Of a stretch of DNA of 64,000 bases, positions 41,201 to 53,200 are shown one piece after another; within the stretch, counting starts at the first letter, position 1; every line of letters begins with the position of its first letter. The stretch comes from Chiloscyllium plagiosum (lineage: Eukaryota). Location of the stretch: assembly GCF_004010195.1 (NCBI RefSeq), contig NC_057718.1, forward strand, positions 104,498,828-104,562,827, written 5' to 3'. The position numbers were made by a program, and so were the translations under genes. The notes beneath the pieces were generated by a model that saw only the letters and a program-made list of their open reading frames with translations, was not told the DNA's origin and did not search any database.

Positions 41201-44200
41201 CAAAGAAAGAACTCGCTTTTGTTAGACAAAGGCTGTTCAAATATGGAGATAGGCCAGGGAAGTATTTAGCAACCTGACTAAGAAAATGGGTGCTCCCCAA
41301 TCCATTACTGCAATCAGAGACAGCGCCGCAGTCCTTACATATGATGCTAAAAAGATTAATGATGCTTTTCGGAGCTTTTACTCTGAATTCTATCAGTCTG
41401 AAGGTTGTGAGGACAGGAGGGCTAAAATGGAGACCTTTGTTAGGAACCTGGACCTCCCAGGGGTAACCTTGGAACAGGCCTCTCTCCTTAATGCCCCTTG
41501 ACAGTTCAGGAAATACAGGAGGCAGCTAGACAATTTCAGAGTGGGAAAGCGACTGGCCCTGATGGTCTCCCGGGTGAGTTTTATAAGGAGTTTATAGGGA
41601 TTCTGTCGGGGCAGATGTTGGAGATATACAATCACTCCTATATGCATGAATGCCTACCACCATCTTTGAGAGAAGCTAATATTTCCTTAATTCTTAAGGA
41701 GAAGCTTCCTGAGGATCTTGGCACTGACATTGGAAAAGGTGTTGCCCCATATTAAAGAGGACCAGACCGGCTTTATAAGGGGCCATAGGTCCTCTAATAA
41801 TATTAGAAGGTTGCTGAATGTCAGCAAGGGTTGGTGATTTCATTAGATGCAGAGAAAGCATTTGACCGGGTGGAATGGCTGTATCTCTTTTATGTCTAAG
41901 AACAGTTTGGGTTGGGTGGAGTCTTTGCTAGGTGGGTGGAGGTTTTATATTACTACCCTCTGGCCGCGGTCATCACCAACGGGGTGAAGTCTGAGAATTT
42001 TACAATTGGTCGGGGCAGTCGGCAAGGCTGCCCCCTCTCACCGTTGTTGTTGGTGATAGAGCCGCTGGCAGAGGCTATTCGTCAGAACGTCCACATAACC
42101 GCTCCGGAAGTGGGATTGAGGGCACACAAGATTACATTGTATGCGGATGATGTCCTTCTGTTTTCAACGAACCCTATGACCTCCATACCCCATCTGATAC
42201 AATGTATCAATTCATTTGGGGCTATTTTAGGATATAAGATCAACTTTGGCAAAATCAGAGGCTATGCCCGTGGGTAACCTCAAGGATGCGCCAAAGATTG
42301 AAGCTGGCCCGAGGTTCCCTTTTAAGTGGTCATGGGTGGGGTTCCAATACCGAGGCATTTTTATTACCCCCAAGTTTGATCTGTTATTTCGGACTAACTT
42401 TGCTCACTTGCTCGACAATATTAGGTGAGATCTCCAGAGATGGGAGGCTCTTCCAATTTCGTGGTTAGGCCGAATATCTCTGATTAAGATGAATGTTCTT
42501 CCTCGTTTGCTTTATCCTATGTGTATGCTCCCTATAATGTTTCCCGGGTCAACGCTGCAGAGACTCATGGGTTAGTTTGGTTCTTTGTCTGGCATCATGG
42601 ATGGCCCCTCATCAAACTTATTAAATTGCAGTTGCCTCAAGGAGGGGGAGGAGTTGATTTCCCAGACATCAGGAGGAATCAGTTGAGTTCCCTGCTGTCC
42701 TTTATCTGTGATGGGTGGGTAACGATCCAAACTCAATATGGCTGGATATTGAGGCCTCCCAGGCAAGGTGCCCTCTTATTAACCTGTTGTTCATGGATAA
42801 GATGAGGACAGTTATGGACCACTGCCGGAACCCCATTGTCATTAGTACAGTCAAGGCTTGGAGGGCGATGCATCAGAGTGAGGGTTGCTTCTTCAAGACT
42901 TCACCACTCACCCCCATAGTTGGTATGCCAGAGTTCCGACCAGGGATGATACACTCAGGGTTCAAACTATGGGCAGCGAGTTTGGGAGACTTGTTTGAGG
43001 GGGAGGTTAATGATGTCTTTCGAGCAACTGAGCCGCAAGTACTGGCTGCCCAGCAGAGACCTTTTCCATTTTTGTTTTCAGTTTAGGGATTTCATCCAGA
43101 AGAAGACCACGCTTCTCACTAAGCTCTATAAGCCCGAGACAGAGAGGTTGTTGCTATGTTCCACAAGCACCCTCTCAGTTCGTGCCCTCTATCACCTGGG
43201 CCTGGCAGGACATTAACCGGTTTTGTGAGGTCTGGGAGCAAGAGCTAGGAGTGGAGATCTCTTCTGAAACATGGGAGAACCCCATATGGGAGAATGTGAG
43301 AAAGTGTCGGTATTCTTACCCATTGCTTCTGGACATGCCACAGGCTCCATGTTTATTGGAGCACTGTGGCGGGAGAGATAGGGAGGGTATTGAGGACTGA
43401 AGTCAAAGTAGACCTGATATCTCTCCTCTTAGGTCTACTGAATTTACCATCTTTAGACGGGCATGGGAAGAAACTATTTAATATTCTTGCATACTGTGCA
43501 CGGAAGAATATTCTGATGAACTGGGTGTCTGAGAACCCGCCGGGCTTGCTGGGATGGCAGACATTAATTTTGGAGCACAGTCCCTTGGATTGTTTTTACA
43601 AACATGGTGCACCACACAACAGACCATTTTTATTAGATATGGCAGCTCTACTTCAGTTATTTGAATATAGATTTGTCAACTATCTTAACTAGGACATTTG
43701 GTTAACCAGGATGGTTAGGTTTGTCAAGCCTTGGGGCCCTGAAGAGGGGTCTCCTGAGTTCATGCGGGTACATATACAATGGTCACATTCTTTTGTTTGG
43801 GAGCTTTGTGCCGGTCATAGCTGTTCTGTATTCTGTGGGTTTTTTTTGTGGGTTTTCTTTTGCTTTTCTTTTTTTTGATCTATTAGTCATTTATTTATTT
43901 ATTGGTGTTGTTTTGCAGTGTTAGGGTTTGTTTTGTATTATAGGGTAGGTTAGTAGTTCGTAGACAGTAGTGGTATTGTAATTTGTGGTTTTTTTCTCTT
44001 TGTTATACAGGTTTTTTGTTATTTGTTGTATTTTTCAATAAATGTATATGTTTGGAAAGTCAATTTTTTTTGCTAATAAGTATATTTGAGTGTTTCATGA
44101 ATTTATTCGAAGTCTATGAGGAATTAATCATCAATAGGTAGGGAGATAAGGAAGATAAAAGGTAGATGAAAGGGACCTCTAGATGTTCCACACTTGAATT

Positions 44201-47200
44201 TCCAAAAGCATTTGATAAGGCTACTTCACAAGACAAGAGTTAATATATTAATATGGATAAATGCTTTGTAAGCTAACAGGAAGCATAAAGTAGAGATAAA
44301 TCAGTTTTAAGCTTGGAAATCATGGACTTGGAGAGTACCATGAAGATCCTGTTGCTCAATTCTTTTTGCAATCAATATCATTGACTTGGATAAATAGATA
44401 AAATGTAAGGTAACTAAATTTGTCAATGTCTCCAATGTGGGTCAAGAAGCATGTTATCAAGGATGGATAAACTTATATTGACAGGTTAAGTATGTGGGCA
44501 AAAGATATGGCAGATAAGAGTATAATATGAAAAATGTGACAGGGAAAAAAGAAAAGCAGCAAAAAAACAAAACCCACGAATGCTATAAATCAGAAACCAA
44601 AACAGAAATTGCTGGAGAAGCTCAGCAGGTCTGGTAGTATCTGTGGAGAGAAGTAAGAGTAATCGTTTCAGGTCGGGTGATCCTTCCTCAGCCTGCTGTT
44701 TATGTGGGCAAAGATTGTAAAACTTGGTCCAGAATGACCTAGGTACTGACCTGGTAATTGGAGCAGGAAAGGTTATGCAGTACAGCAAATAATTAGGAAG
44801 GCAGATGGAATGTTGTTTCTTCCATGGAAAATTAATTATAATGTTGGGTCAGTTTATTGCAGCTGTACAGAGCCTTTGTGAGATGACATCTGGAGTACTG
44901 TCTGCAGTTTTTATCTCGTCATTTGAGAGTAGACATAACGGCCTTAGATTTAGTTCGAAGAAATTTCATGTAACTCATTACTGAGATGGGAATGGGGGAA
45001 CTAACTTTTGAAGAAAGAGTGAGCAGGCTTGATTCACAACAATGAGTGGTTATCTTATTGAAACAGGAGACTGGATGGGGTGGATACCAGGAAAATGTTT
45101 TCCCTTTGTGGGCAAGACGAGAACCAGGGGGCACATTTTAAGCATTTCCCTTTTAAGAAAGGTGAGAAATTCTTTTCTCAGAGTTGTTAGCATCTGACAT
45201 TCTCTTTCCCTCAGAAAGCAGTGCATCATCAAATTTAGGTCAGGCTGAGTTGTAGAATTTTGATTTTCAAGGGAGTCAAGAGTCATACAGGGTGGAAACA
45301 GCAAAATGGGGTTGAGGCCATCTTGAGGTCTAATTAATTGGCTGAGAAGACCTGATAGGCCCAGAGGCCTACTCCTGCCCCTAATCTTGATTTAAGTCTA
45401 TTGTTGCCACCACGTTTTCTGTTCACCCAGGCCGTTCCAAAGTGTTACAGATTTTAGAACAGCATTGCAGTGTAATATCTCAAACTGAGGTAAAGCAAAT
45501 TGATAAATTAAAGTTTGCTTCTCCTTCAACTTCCAGAACTAGAAAATGACAAAGAGACTGGCTGCTTTGTGGTCGGCCGTGGGGGCTTCCCAAACAAAGC
45601 TGGAGTTGTTCAGTGTGATGCTGCAATCATGGAAGGGCTGCCGGGGCGTTTTGGAGCAGTCGCAGCCCTGCCTGGGTAGGTGTTGACTGTCAGCTGTAGT
45701 CCTTATCACTGTACGTGGCTGCTTCCATTTTAATCAGAACTGTTGACTTGTATATCCTATGTAATGTTATGGAATGGTGTAAGGTGGAATGAATGGCCTC
45801 TTGTGTTGTAGCTTCCAAATTCGCCGATTCTTATCATCAATTAAAACCCTGTAGGGAAAGGATCTTTGAAATTGCTCTTGAAACTTGTGTAACTGTCTGA
45901 TACTTTGTGTCCCTTAGTTGATTAATTCAATGAATTAGGAAGGAGTTCCTTTGCAGGTCTGTGAGAGTGTTGTCCTGAGCTGGGGTAGTCCTCTATATTG
46001 GGGAGACAGGTATAGTCCTGCACCTCCACACACATCATTGACTGCATCCGCTGCACCCGATGTGGCCTCCTCTATATTGGGGAGACCGGTATAGTCCCCC
46101 TGTAAAAACGCCATCCCATATTCCCAATTCCTTCGTCTCCGTCGCATCTGCTCCCAGGAGGACCAGTCCCAATACCGAACAACCCAGATGGCATCCTTCT
46201 TCAAAGACCGCAATTTCCCCCTAAGACATGATCGACGATGCTCTCCACCACATCTCCACTTCCCGCTCCTCCGCCATTGAGCCCTGCCCCTCCAATCGCA
46301 ACCAGGACAGAACCCACTGGTCCTCACCTACCACCCCATCAACCTCCATTTACATCGTATCATCCATCACTTCCAAACGGACCCCACCACCAGGTATATA
46401 TTTCCCTCCCCTCCCCTATCAGCATTCCGAAAAGACCACTCCCTCCGTGACTCCCTCGTCAGGTCCACACCCCCCACCAACCCAACCTCCACTCCCGGCA
46501 CCTTCCCCTGCAACCGCAAGAAATGCAAAACTTGCGCCCACACCTCCCNNNNNNNNNNNNNNNNNNNNNNNNNNNNNNNNNNNNNNNNNNNNNNNNNNNN
46601 NNNNNNNNNNNNNNNNNNNNNNNNNNNNNNNNNNNNNNNNNNNNNNNNNNNNNNNNNNNNNNNNNNNNNNNNNNNNNNNNNNNNNNNNNNNNNNNNNNNN
46701 NNNNNNNNNNNNNNNNNNNNNNNNNNNNNNNNNNNNNNNNNNNNNNNNNNNNNNNNNNNNNNNNNNNNNNNNNNNNNNNNNNNNNNNNNNNNNNNNNNNN
46801 NNNNNNNNNNNNNNNNNNNNNCTGCCTCAGCCCCCACCCCCACTCCGGCCTATCACCCTCACCTTAACCTCCTTCCACCTATCGCGTTTCCAACGCCCGT
46901 CCCCCAAGTCCCTCCTCCCTATCTTTTATCTTAGCCTGCTTGGTGCACACGCCTCATTCCTGAAGAAGGGCTTATGCTCGAAATGTCGATTCTCCTGTTC
47001 CTTGGATGCTGCCTGACCTGCTGCGCTTTTTCAGCAACACATTTTCAGCTAATTCAATGAATTGGTGAATACCCATTTTTGTGTATTTAAATGAGAATAT
47101 GCTATTTTCTAGATCCTTTCACAGTGTGAATCGTTTATTTTCAATTTGTCTCTACTGCTTGCTTTTTGTGTTGCTATATTTGAATTAATTTGCCCATTTC

Positions 47201-50200
47201 CCCAGATTACCCCACATATTTGACATTTCCCATAGATTTGATTCACCCAGAGGTTCAAGCCTTGATATAGTGCGAGCAAAAAAGTTCTTCAAGCCAATTA
47301 AATATGTTCAGTATTTCACATCACATCACAACACAGCACCAATTATAACTTTTCACTTCTGAAAGTTGTGCAGCTAAAGAAAAATGATGCAACAATTATG
47401 GAAAAACGTGTTAAATTTCTTTTATAACTGTATTTTACATTTCTCATTATGTTTTGTAATAGTGTTGGTACCCCATTGACAGTGGCTCAAATGGTGATGG
47501 ATAAGAGTGAACATAACATGCTTGTTGGAGAAGGAGCAGTTGCCTTTGCCAAAGAACAGGGATTCCGTATTGAAGATAACAGTGACATGATGACTGAGGC
47601 AAGCTTGGCTGCCTATGAGGTGATTAAACAACAGTCTGTATACACCTGTGACTGACACTCATGCATATAATGTTTCCACATTAGCGTTGTAGATTTAGAA
47701 CAACTAGTTTAAAAAAAAATCTAAAGTGCAAGACCAAAGTTCATTTTTGAGCCCCAGCTAGTATTTTAGCTTGCAGACAATTTATGCCAAAGAAGTTATC
47801 ATGCTGCAGCTTTCTCGCTTAATTGTTATTCTTTGAGAGAAAGTGAGGGCTGCAGATGCTGGAGATCAGAGCTGAAAATGTGTTGCTGGAAAAGCGCAGC
47901 AGGTCAGGCAGCATCCAAGGAACAGGAGAATCGACGTTTCGGGCATAAGCCCTTCTTCAGGAATGAGGCAAGTGTGTCCAGCAGGCTAAGATAAAAGGTA
48001 GGGAGGAGGGACTTGGGGGAGGGGCTTTGGAAATGCGATAGGTGGAGGGAGGTCAAGGTGAGGGTGATAGGTCAGACTGAGGTGGGGGCGGAGAGGTCAG
48101 GAAGATGATTACAGGTTAGGAAGGCGGTGCTGAGTTCGAGGGGATTTGACTGAGACAAGGTGGGGGGAGGGGAAATGAGGAAACTGGAGAAATCTGAGTT
48201 CTCCAGTTTCCTCATTTAATTTACTAAAAGGGGTGGAACCAAAGCAATTGTGAGAAAAGGGTGAGGCTGGTAGAGTAGACATGGTTGGTGATCTAATAGG
48301 TGAAAATTAGGACTGCAGATGCTAGAGATTAGAGTCAAGATTAGAGTGGTGCTGGAACTGCACAGCGGGTCAGGCAGCATCTGAAGAGCAGGAAAATGGA
48401 CGTCTCGGGCAGGAGCTCTTCATCAGGAATCAAATCGTCAAAGCAGACATAACCCTGGTAGAGAATGAGTTAAAACTGATAAATTAAACTGCATTTACTT
48501 CAATGCAAGAGGCTTGGTAGGTAAGGCAGATGAACTCAGGACATGGTTGGGAACATGGGACTGGGATAACATAGCTATTACACCAATGTGGCCCAGGGGT
48601 GTACAGGACTGGCAGCTTGTGCTCCAGGGTATAGATGCTGTTGAAAGGATAGAAAGGGAGGCCAGAGAGGAGGTGGAGTGGCAGTTTGGGCTATGGATAA
48701 CATTACAGCTGTACGTACAGAGGGTATTTCTGGGAGATCGTTCAGTGAACATATTTGGGTGGAACTGAGAAATAAGAAAGAGATAATCACTTTGTGGGGA
48801 TTGTACTATATTCACTCCAGTTGTCAGCAGGAAATTGGGAACCAAATATGTAAGGAAATCTCAATTATCTGTAAGAATAATAGGGTTGAAATGGTATGGA
48901 ATTGTAACTTTGCAGTATGGACTGGGACTGCCATAGTATTAGGAGCTTGGATGGAGAGGAATTTGTTCAGTGTTTACAAGAAAACTTTGTTATTCAATAT
49001 GTAGAACATCTACAAGAGAATGAGTAATACTTGACCTCTTGGGAAATAAAGCAGGGCAAGTGACAGATGTCAGTGGGAGAGCACTTTGGGGGAAGTGATC
49101 ATAAATGTTTTAAAGCTAGTAGAATTATGGACAAGTATAGAACTGATCAAGAAGTTCAAATTCTAAATTGGAATAAAGCCAATTTTGACAGTATCAAACA
49201 GGAACTTTCAAAAGTTGAATGGGGGAGGTTATTCACAAGCCTTTAACAATGAGATGAGGTAGTATGTTCCTGTAACGGTGAAGGGTAAGGCTGGTAGGCA
49301 TACAGAATGCTGGATTACTAGTGACATTAGGCGCTGGTTTAGAAAATGGAGGCATGTGTCAGCTATAGACCGGTCAGATTGTTATGTTTGGTTAGCCTGG
49401 AGTAGTTGGACCAAAAGATCTGCTTCCATGTTGTATGACTTGAAATCATTTAATTGATTTTGATTGTTTCCATGCTGTACATCTCTAAGACTCTGACCCT
49501 ATGACTAAATAGCCCATTTAGTTGTAAACTTCACCAAAAAAGACTTATTTGGGCCTTTCTGTGGAAAGCCAACTAGCACCAGCGAATGCAATTAACAGCT
49601 CGTTTGGATTTTCCTGTGTCGAAGATAATGCAATAGATTGTGCAGAATATAGGCATCAGTGGATTTTAACAGAATTAGTTTTGAATTTCTGCACTGCAGT
49701 GGCTTAGCTTTGTTAAAGAAAAATGAAATTTGAATTGTCAGAGTGCTAAATGTCTTTGACAGCTTGAGACCTATGTTAATGAAAATACTAATTTTCATAG
49801 CACTGAATTATGCTAAGTCATGACATCAACTAATTCAGTTTTATTCCAGCAGAATGAATGAGATTGGGGATCAACCAATTCAGCCTCTCCTTCTGGCACA
49901 AACCCTACAAACCTGGCAACATCCTTTTCATGAGAGTTGAATTCACCTCAGCAGAAATGTTTAGCTATAGAATAAGAGAACTCTGACTTTGTTGGCTCTG
50001 CAACTTTTGAATTCTATATATCCCAACGACTTAGTAGAGATTGTTATTTAAATCTTTGTGATCCATGCTGGCAAAAACATTTTTCTTTCCTAAAAAGCTG
50101 AGATTGGTTTGGTGGAGTTAACTGCCATAACAAAAGAATTTGAAAATGATTTAGAACAAATATGGAGAAAAACAAGTGTGATCAAAAGGGACCTGTCTAA

Positions 50201-53200
50201 TATAATTGTTTGGGAAGATTTTGTTTGTTTAATGTAAATGTGCAGCAACGTCCAAATAAAATCTGGACAAGTAAAACAAAAATAGATAGTAAATTATAGT
50301 GGGAAGTGAAAATGTCTTTCACCTATATCTTTTGGTTTATTTTCTGTGGGAAAGTGTTATCCAAGTTGATTATTATTTAATCATTTGGATTCAAAAGTAG
50401 AAGAAAAATGCATTTTAGTTTTCATTACTGCAAGAATCTGAGCTTTTGTCATCATCAGGAAATCATGTTGAAAAAATGGTAAATGGGGAGTGTTGCTGAA
50501 CAAAGAGACCTTGGAGTACAGGTTCATAGTTCCTTGCAAGTGGATTTGCAGGTAGATAGGATAGTGAAGAAGATGTTTGGTATGCTTTCCTTTATCGGTC
50601 AGAGTATTGAGTACAGGAGGTGGGAGTTCATGTTGCGGCTGTACAGGACATTGGTTAGACCACTTTTGGAATATTGCGTGCAATTCTGGTCTCCTTGCTA
50701 TTTGAAGGATGTTGTGAAACTTGAAAGAGTTCAGAAAAGATTTACAAGGACGTTGCCAAGTTTGTAGGGTTTGTGCTCGAAGGAGAGGCTGAATAGGCTG
50801 AGGCTGTTTTCCCTGGAGCGTCAGAGGCTGAGGGATGACCTTACAGAAATTTATAGAATCATGAGTGGCATGGATAGGATAAATAGACAAGGTCTTTTCC
50901 TTGGAGGTTGGGTAGTGCAGAACTAGAGGGCATAGGTTTAAGGTGAGAAGGGAAAGATTTAAAAAGGACCTGAGAGGTAACATTTTCACACAGAGTGGTG
51001 CATGTATGGTTTGAGCTGCCAGAGGAAGTGGTGGAGGCGAGGGCATAGGTTTAAGGTGAGAAGGGAAAGATTTAAAAAGGACCTGAGAGGTAACATTTTC
51101 ACAGAGTGGTGCATGTATGGTTTGAGCTGCCAGAGGAAGTGGTGGAGGCTGGCAGAATTATGAGTTTGAAAGGGAGAAGGCAAAATCGGATGTAATGGTG
51201 TTACAGTTGAATAAAGGTAATTATGAGGGCATAAGAGAGGAACTGACTAAAATAGACTGGAAGCAGAGGCTAACCGGGAAGACAGTAGAGCAAAAATGGC
51301 AGGAGTTTGTAGGTATAATTGAGGACACTGTACAGAGGTTCATTCCCAAGAAAAGAAAGATTAACCGGGGAGGGATTAGACAACCTTGGCTGACAAAGGA
51401 AGTCAGGAAATGTATTAAAGAAAAAGAGAGATCCTATAAAGTGGCTAAGAACAGTGGGAAATCAGAACATTGGGAAGGATACAAAAGCAAACAGAGGATA
51501 ACAAAGAGTGTAATAAGAAAGGAGAGGAACAAATATGAAGGTAGGCTAGCCAGTAATATTAGAAACAATAGTAAAAGTTTCTTTCAGTACATAAGAAACA
51601 AACAACAGGCAAAAGTAGACATTGGGCCACTTCAAACTGATGCAGGAAGCCTAGTGATGGGAGATAAGAAACTAGCAGGAGAACTTAACAAGTACTTTGC
51701 ATCAGTTTTCACAGTGGAAGACATGAATAATATCCCAAAAATTAAAGGGTGTCACGGGGCTGAGTTGAATATGGTTGCCATTACGAAAGAGATAGTGCTA
51801 GAAAAGTTAAAAAGTCTTAAAATTGATAAATCTCCTGGCCCCGATGGGAAACACCCTAGAGTTCTGAGAGAGGTGGCTGAGGAAATAGCAGAGGCATTGG
51901 TTGAGATCTTTCAAGAGTCACTGGAGTCAGGAAAGGTCCCGGATGATTGGAAGATGGCTGTTGTAACCCCCTTGCTCAAGAAAGGATCAAGGCAAAAGAT
52001 GGAAAATTATAGGCCAATCAGCTTAACCTCGGTGGTTGGTAAAATTCTAGAATCCATCATTAAGGATGAGGCTTCTAAATTCTTGGAAGAGCAGAGTCTG
52101 ATTAGAACAAGTCAACATGGATTTAGTAAAGGGACGTCGTGCCTGACAAACCTGTTGGAATTTTTTGAAGAGGTAACAAGTAGGTTAGACCAGGGAAACC
52201 CAGTGGATGTGGTATATCTAGACTTTCAAAAGGCCTTTGATAAGGTGCCACACGAGAGGCTGTTGAGCAAGGTGAGGGCCCATGGTGTTCGAGGTGAGCT
52301 GCTGGGATGGACTGAGGATTGGCTGTCTAACAGAAGGCAGAGAGTTGGAATAAAAGGTTCTTTTTCAGAATGGCAGCCGGTGACGAGCGGTGCCCCGNNN
52401 NNNNNNNNNNNNNNNNNNNNNNNNNNNNNNNNNNNNNNNNNNNNNNNNNNNNNNNNNNNNNNNNNNNNNNNNNNNNNNNNNNNNNNNNNNNNNNNNNNNN
52501 NNNNNNNNNNNNNNNNNNNNNNNNNNNNNNNNNNNNNNNNNNNNNNNNNNNNNNNNNNNNNNNNNNNNNNNNNNNNNNNNNNNNNNNNNNNNNNNNNNNN
52601 NNNNNNNNNNNNNNNNNNNNNNNNNNNNNNNNNNNNNNNNNNNNNNNNNNNNNNNNNNNNNNNNNNNNNNNNNNNNNNNNNNNNNNNNNNNNNNNNNNNN
52701 NNNNNNNNNNNNNNNNNNNNNNNNNNNNNNNNNNNNNNNNNNNNNNNNNNNNNNNNNNNNNNNNNNNNNNNNNNNNNNNNNNNNNNNNNNNNNNNNNNNN
52801 NNNNNNNNNNNNNNNNNNNNNNNNNNNNNNNNNNNNNNNNNNNNNNNNNNNNNNNNNNNNNNNNNNNNNNNNNNNNNNNNNNNNNNNNNNNNNNNNNNNN
52901 NNNNNNNNNNNNNNNNNNNNNNNNNNNNNNNNNNNNNNNNNNNNNNNNNNNNNNNNNNNNNNNNNNNNNNNNNNNNNNNNNNNNNNNNNNNNNNNNNNNN
53001 NNNNNNNNNNNNNNNNNNNNNNNNNNNNNNNNNNNNNNNNNNNNNNNNNNNNNNNNNNNNNNNNNNNNNNNNNNNNNNNNNNNNNNNNNNNNNNNNNNNN
53101 NNNNNNNNNNNNNNNNNNNNNNNNNNNNNNNNNNNNNNNNNAATAGAGATGTACAAAATAATACATGGCTTGGAAAAGGTGGATGCTAGGAAATTGTTTC

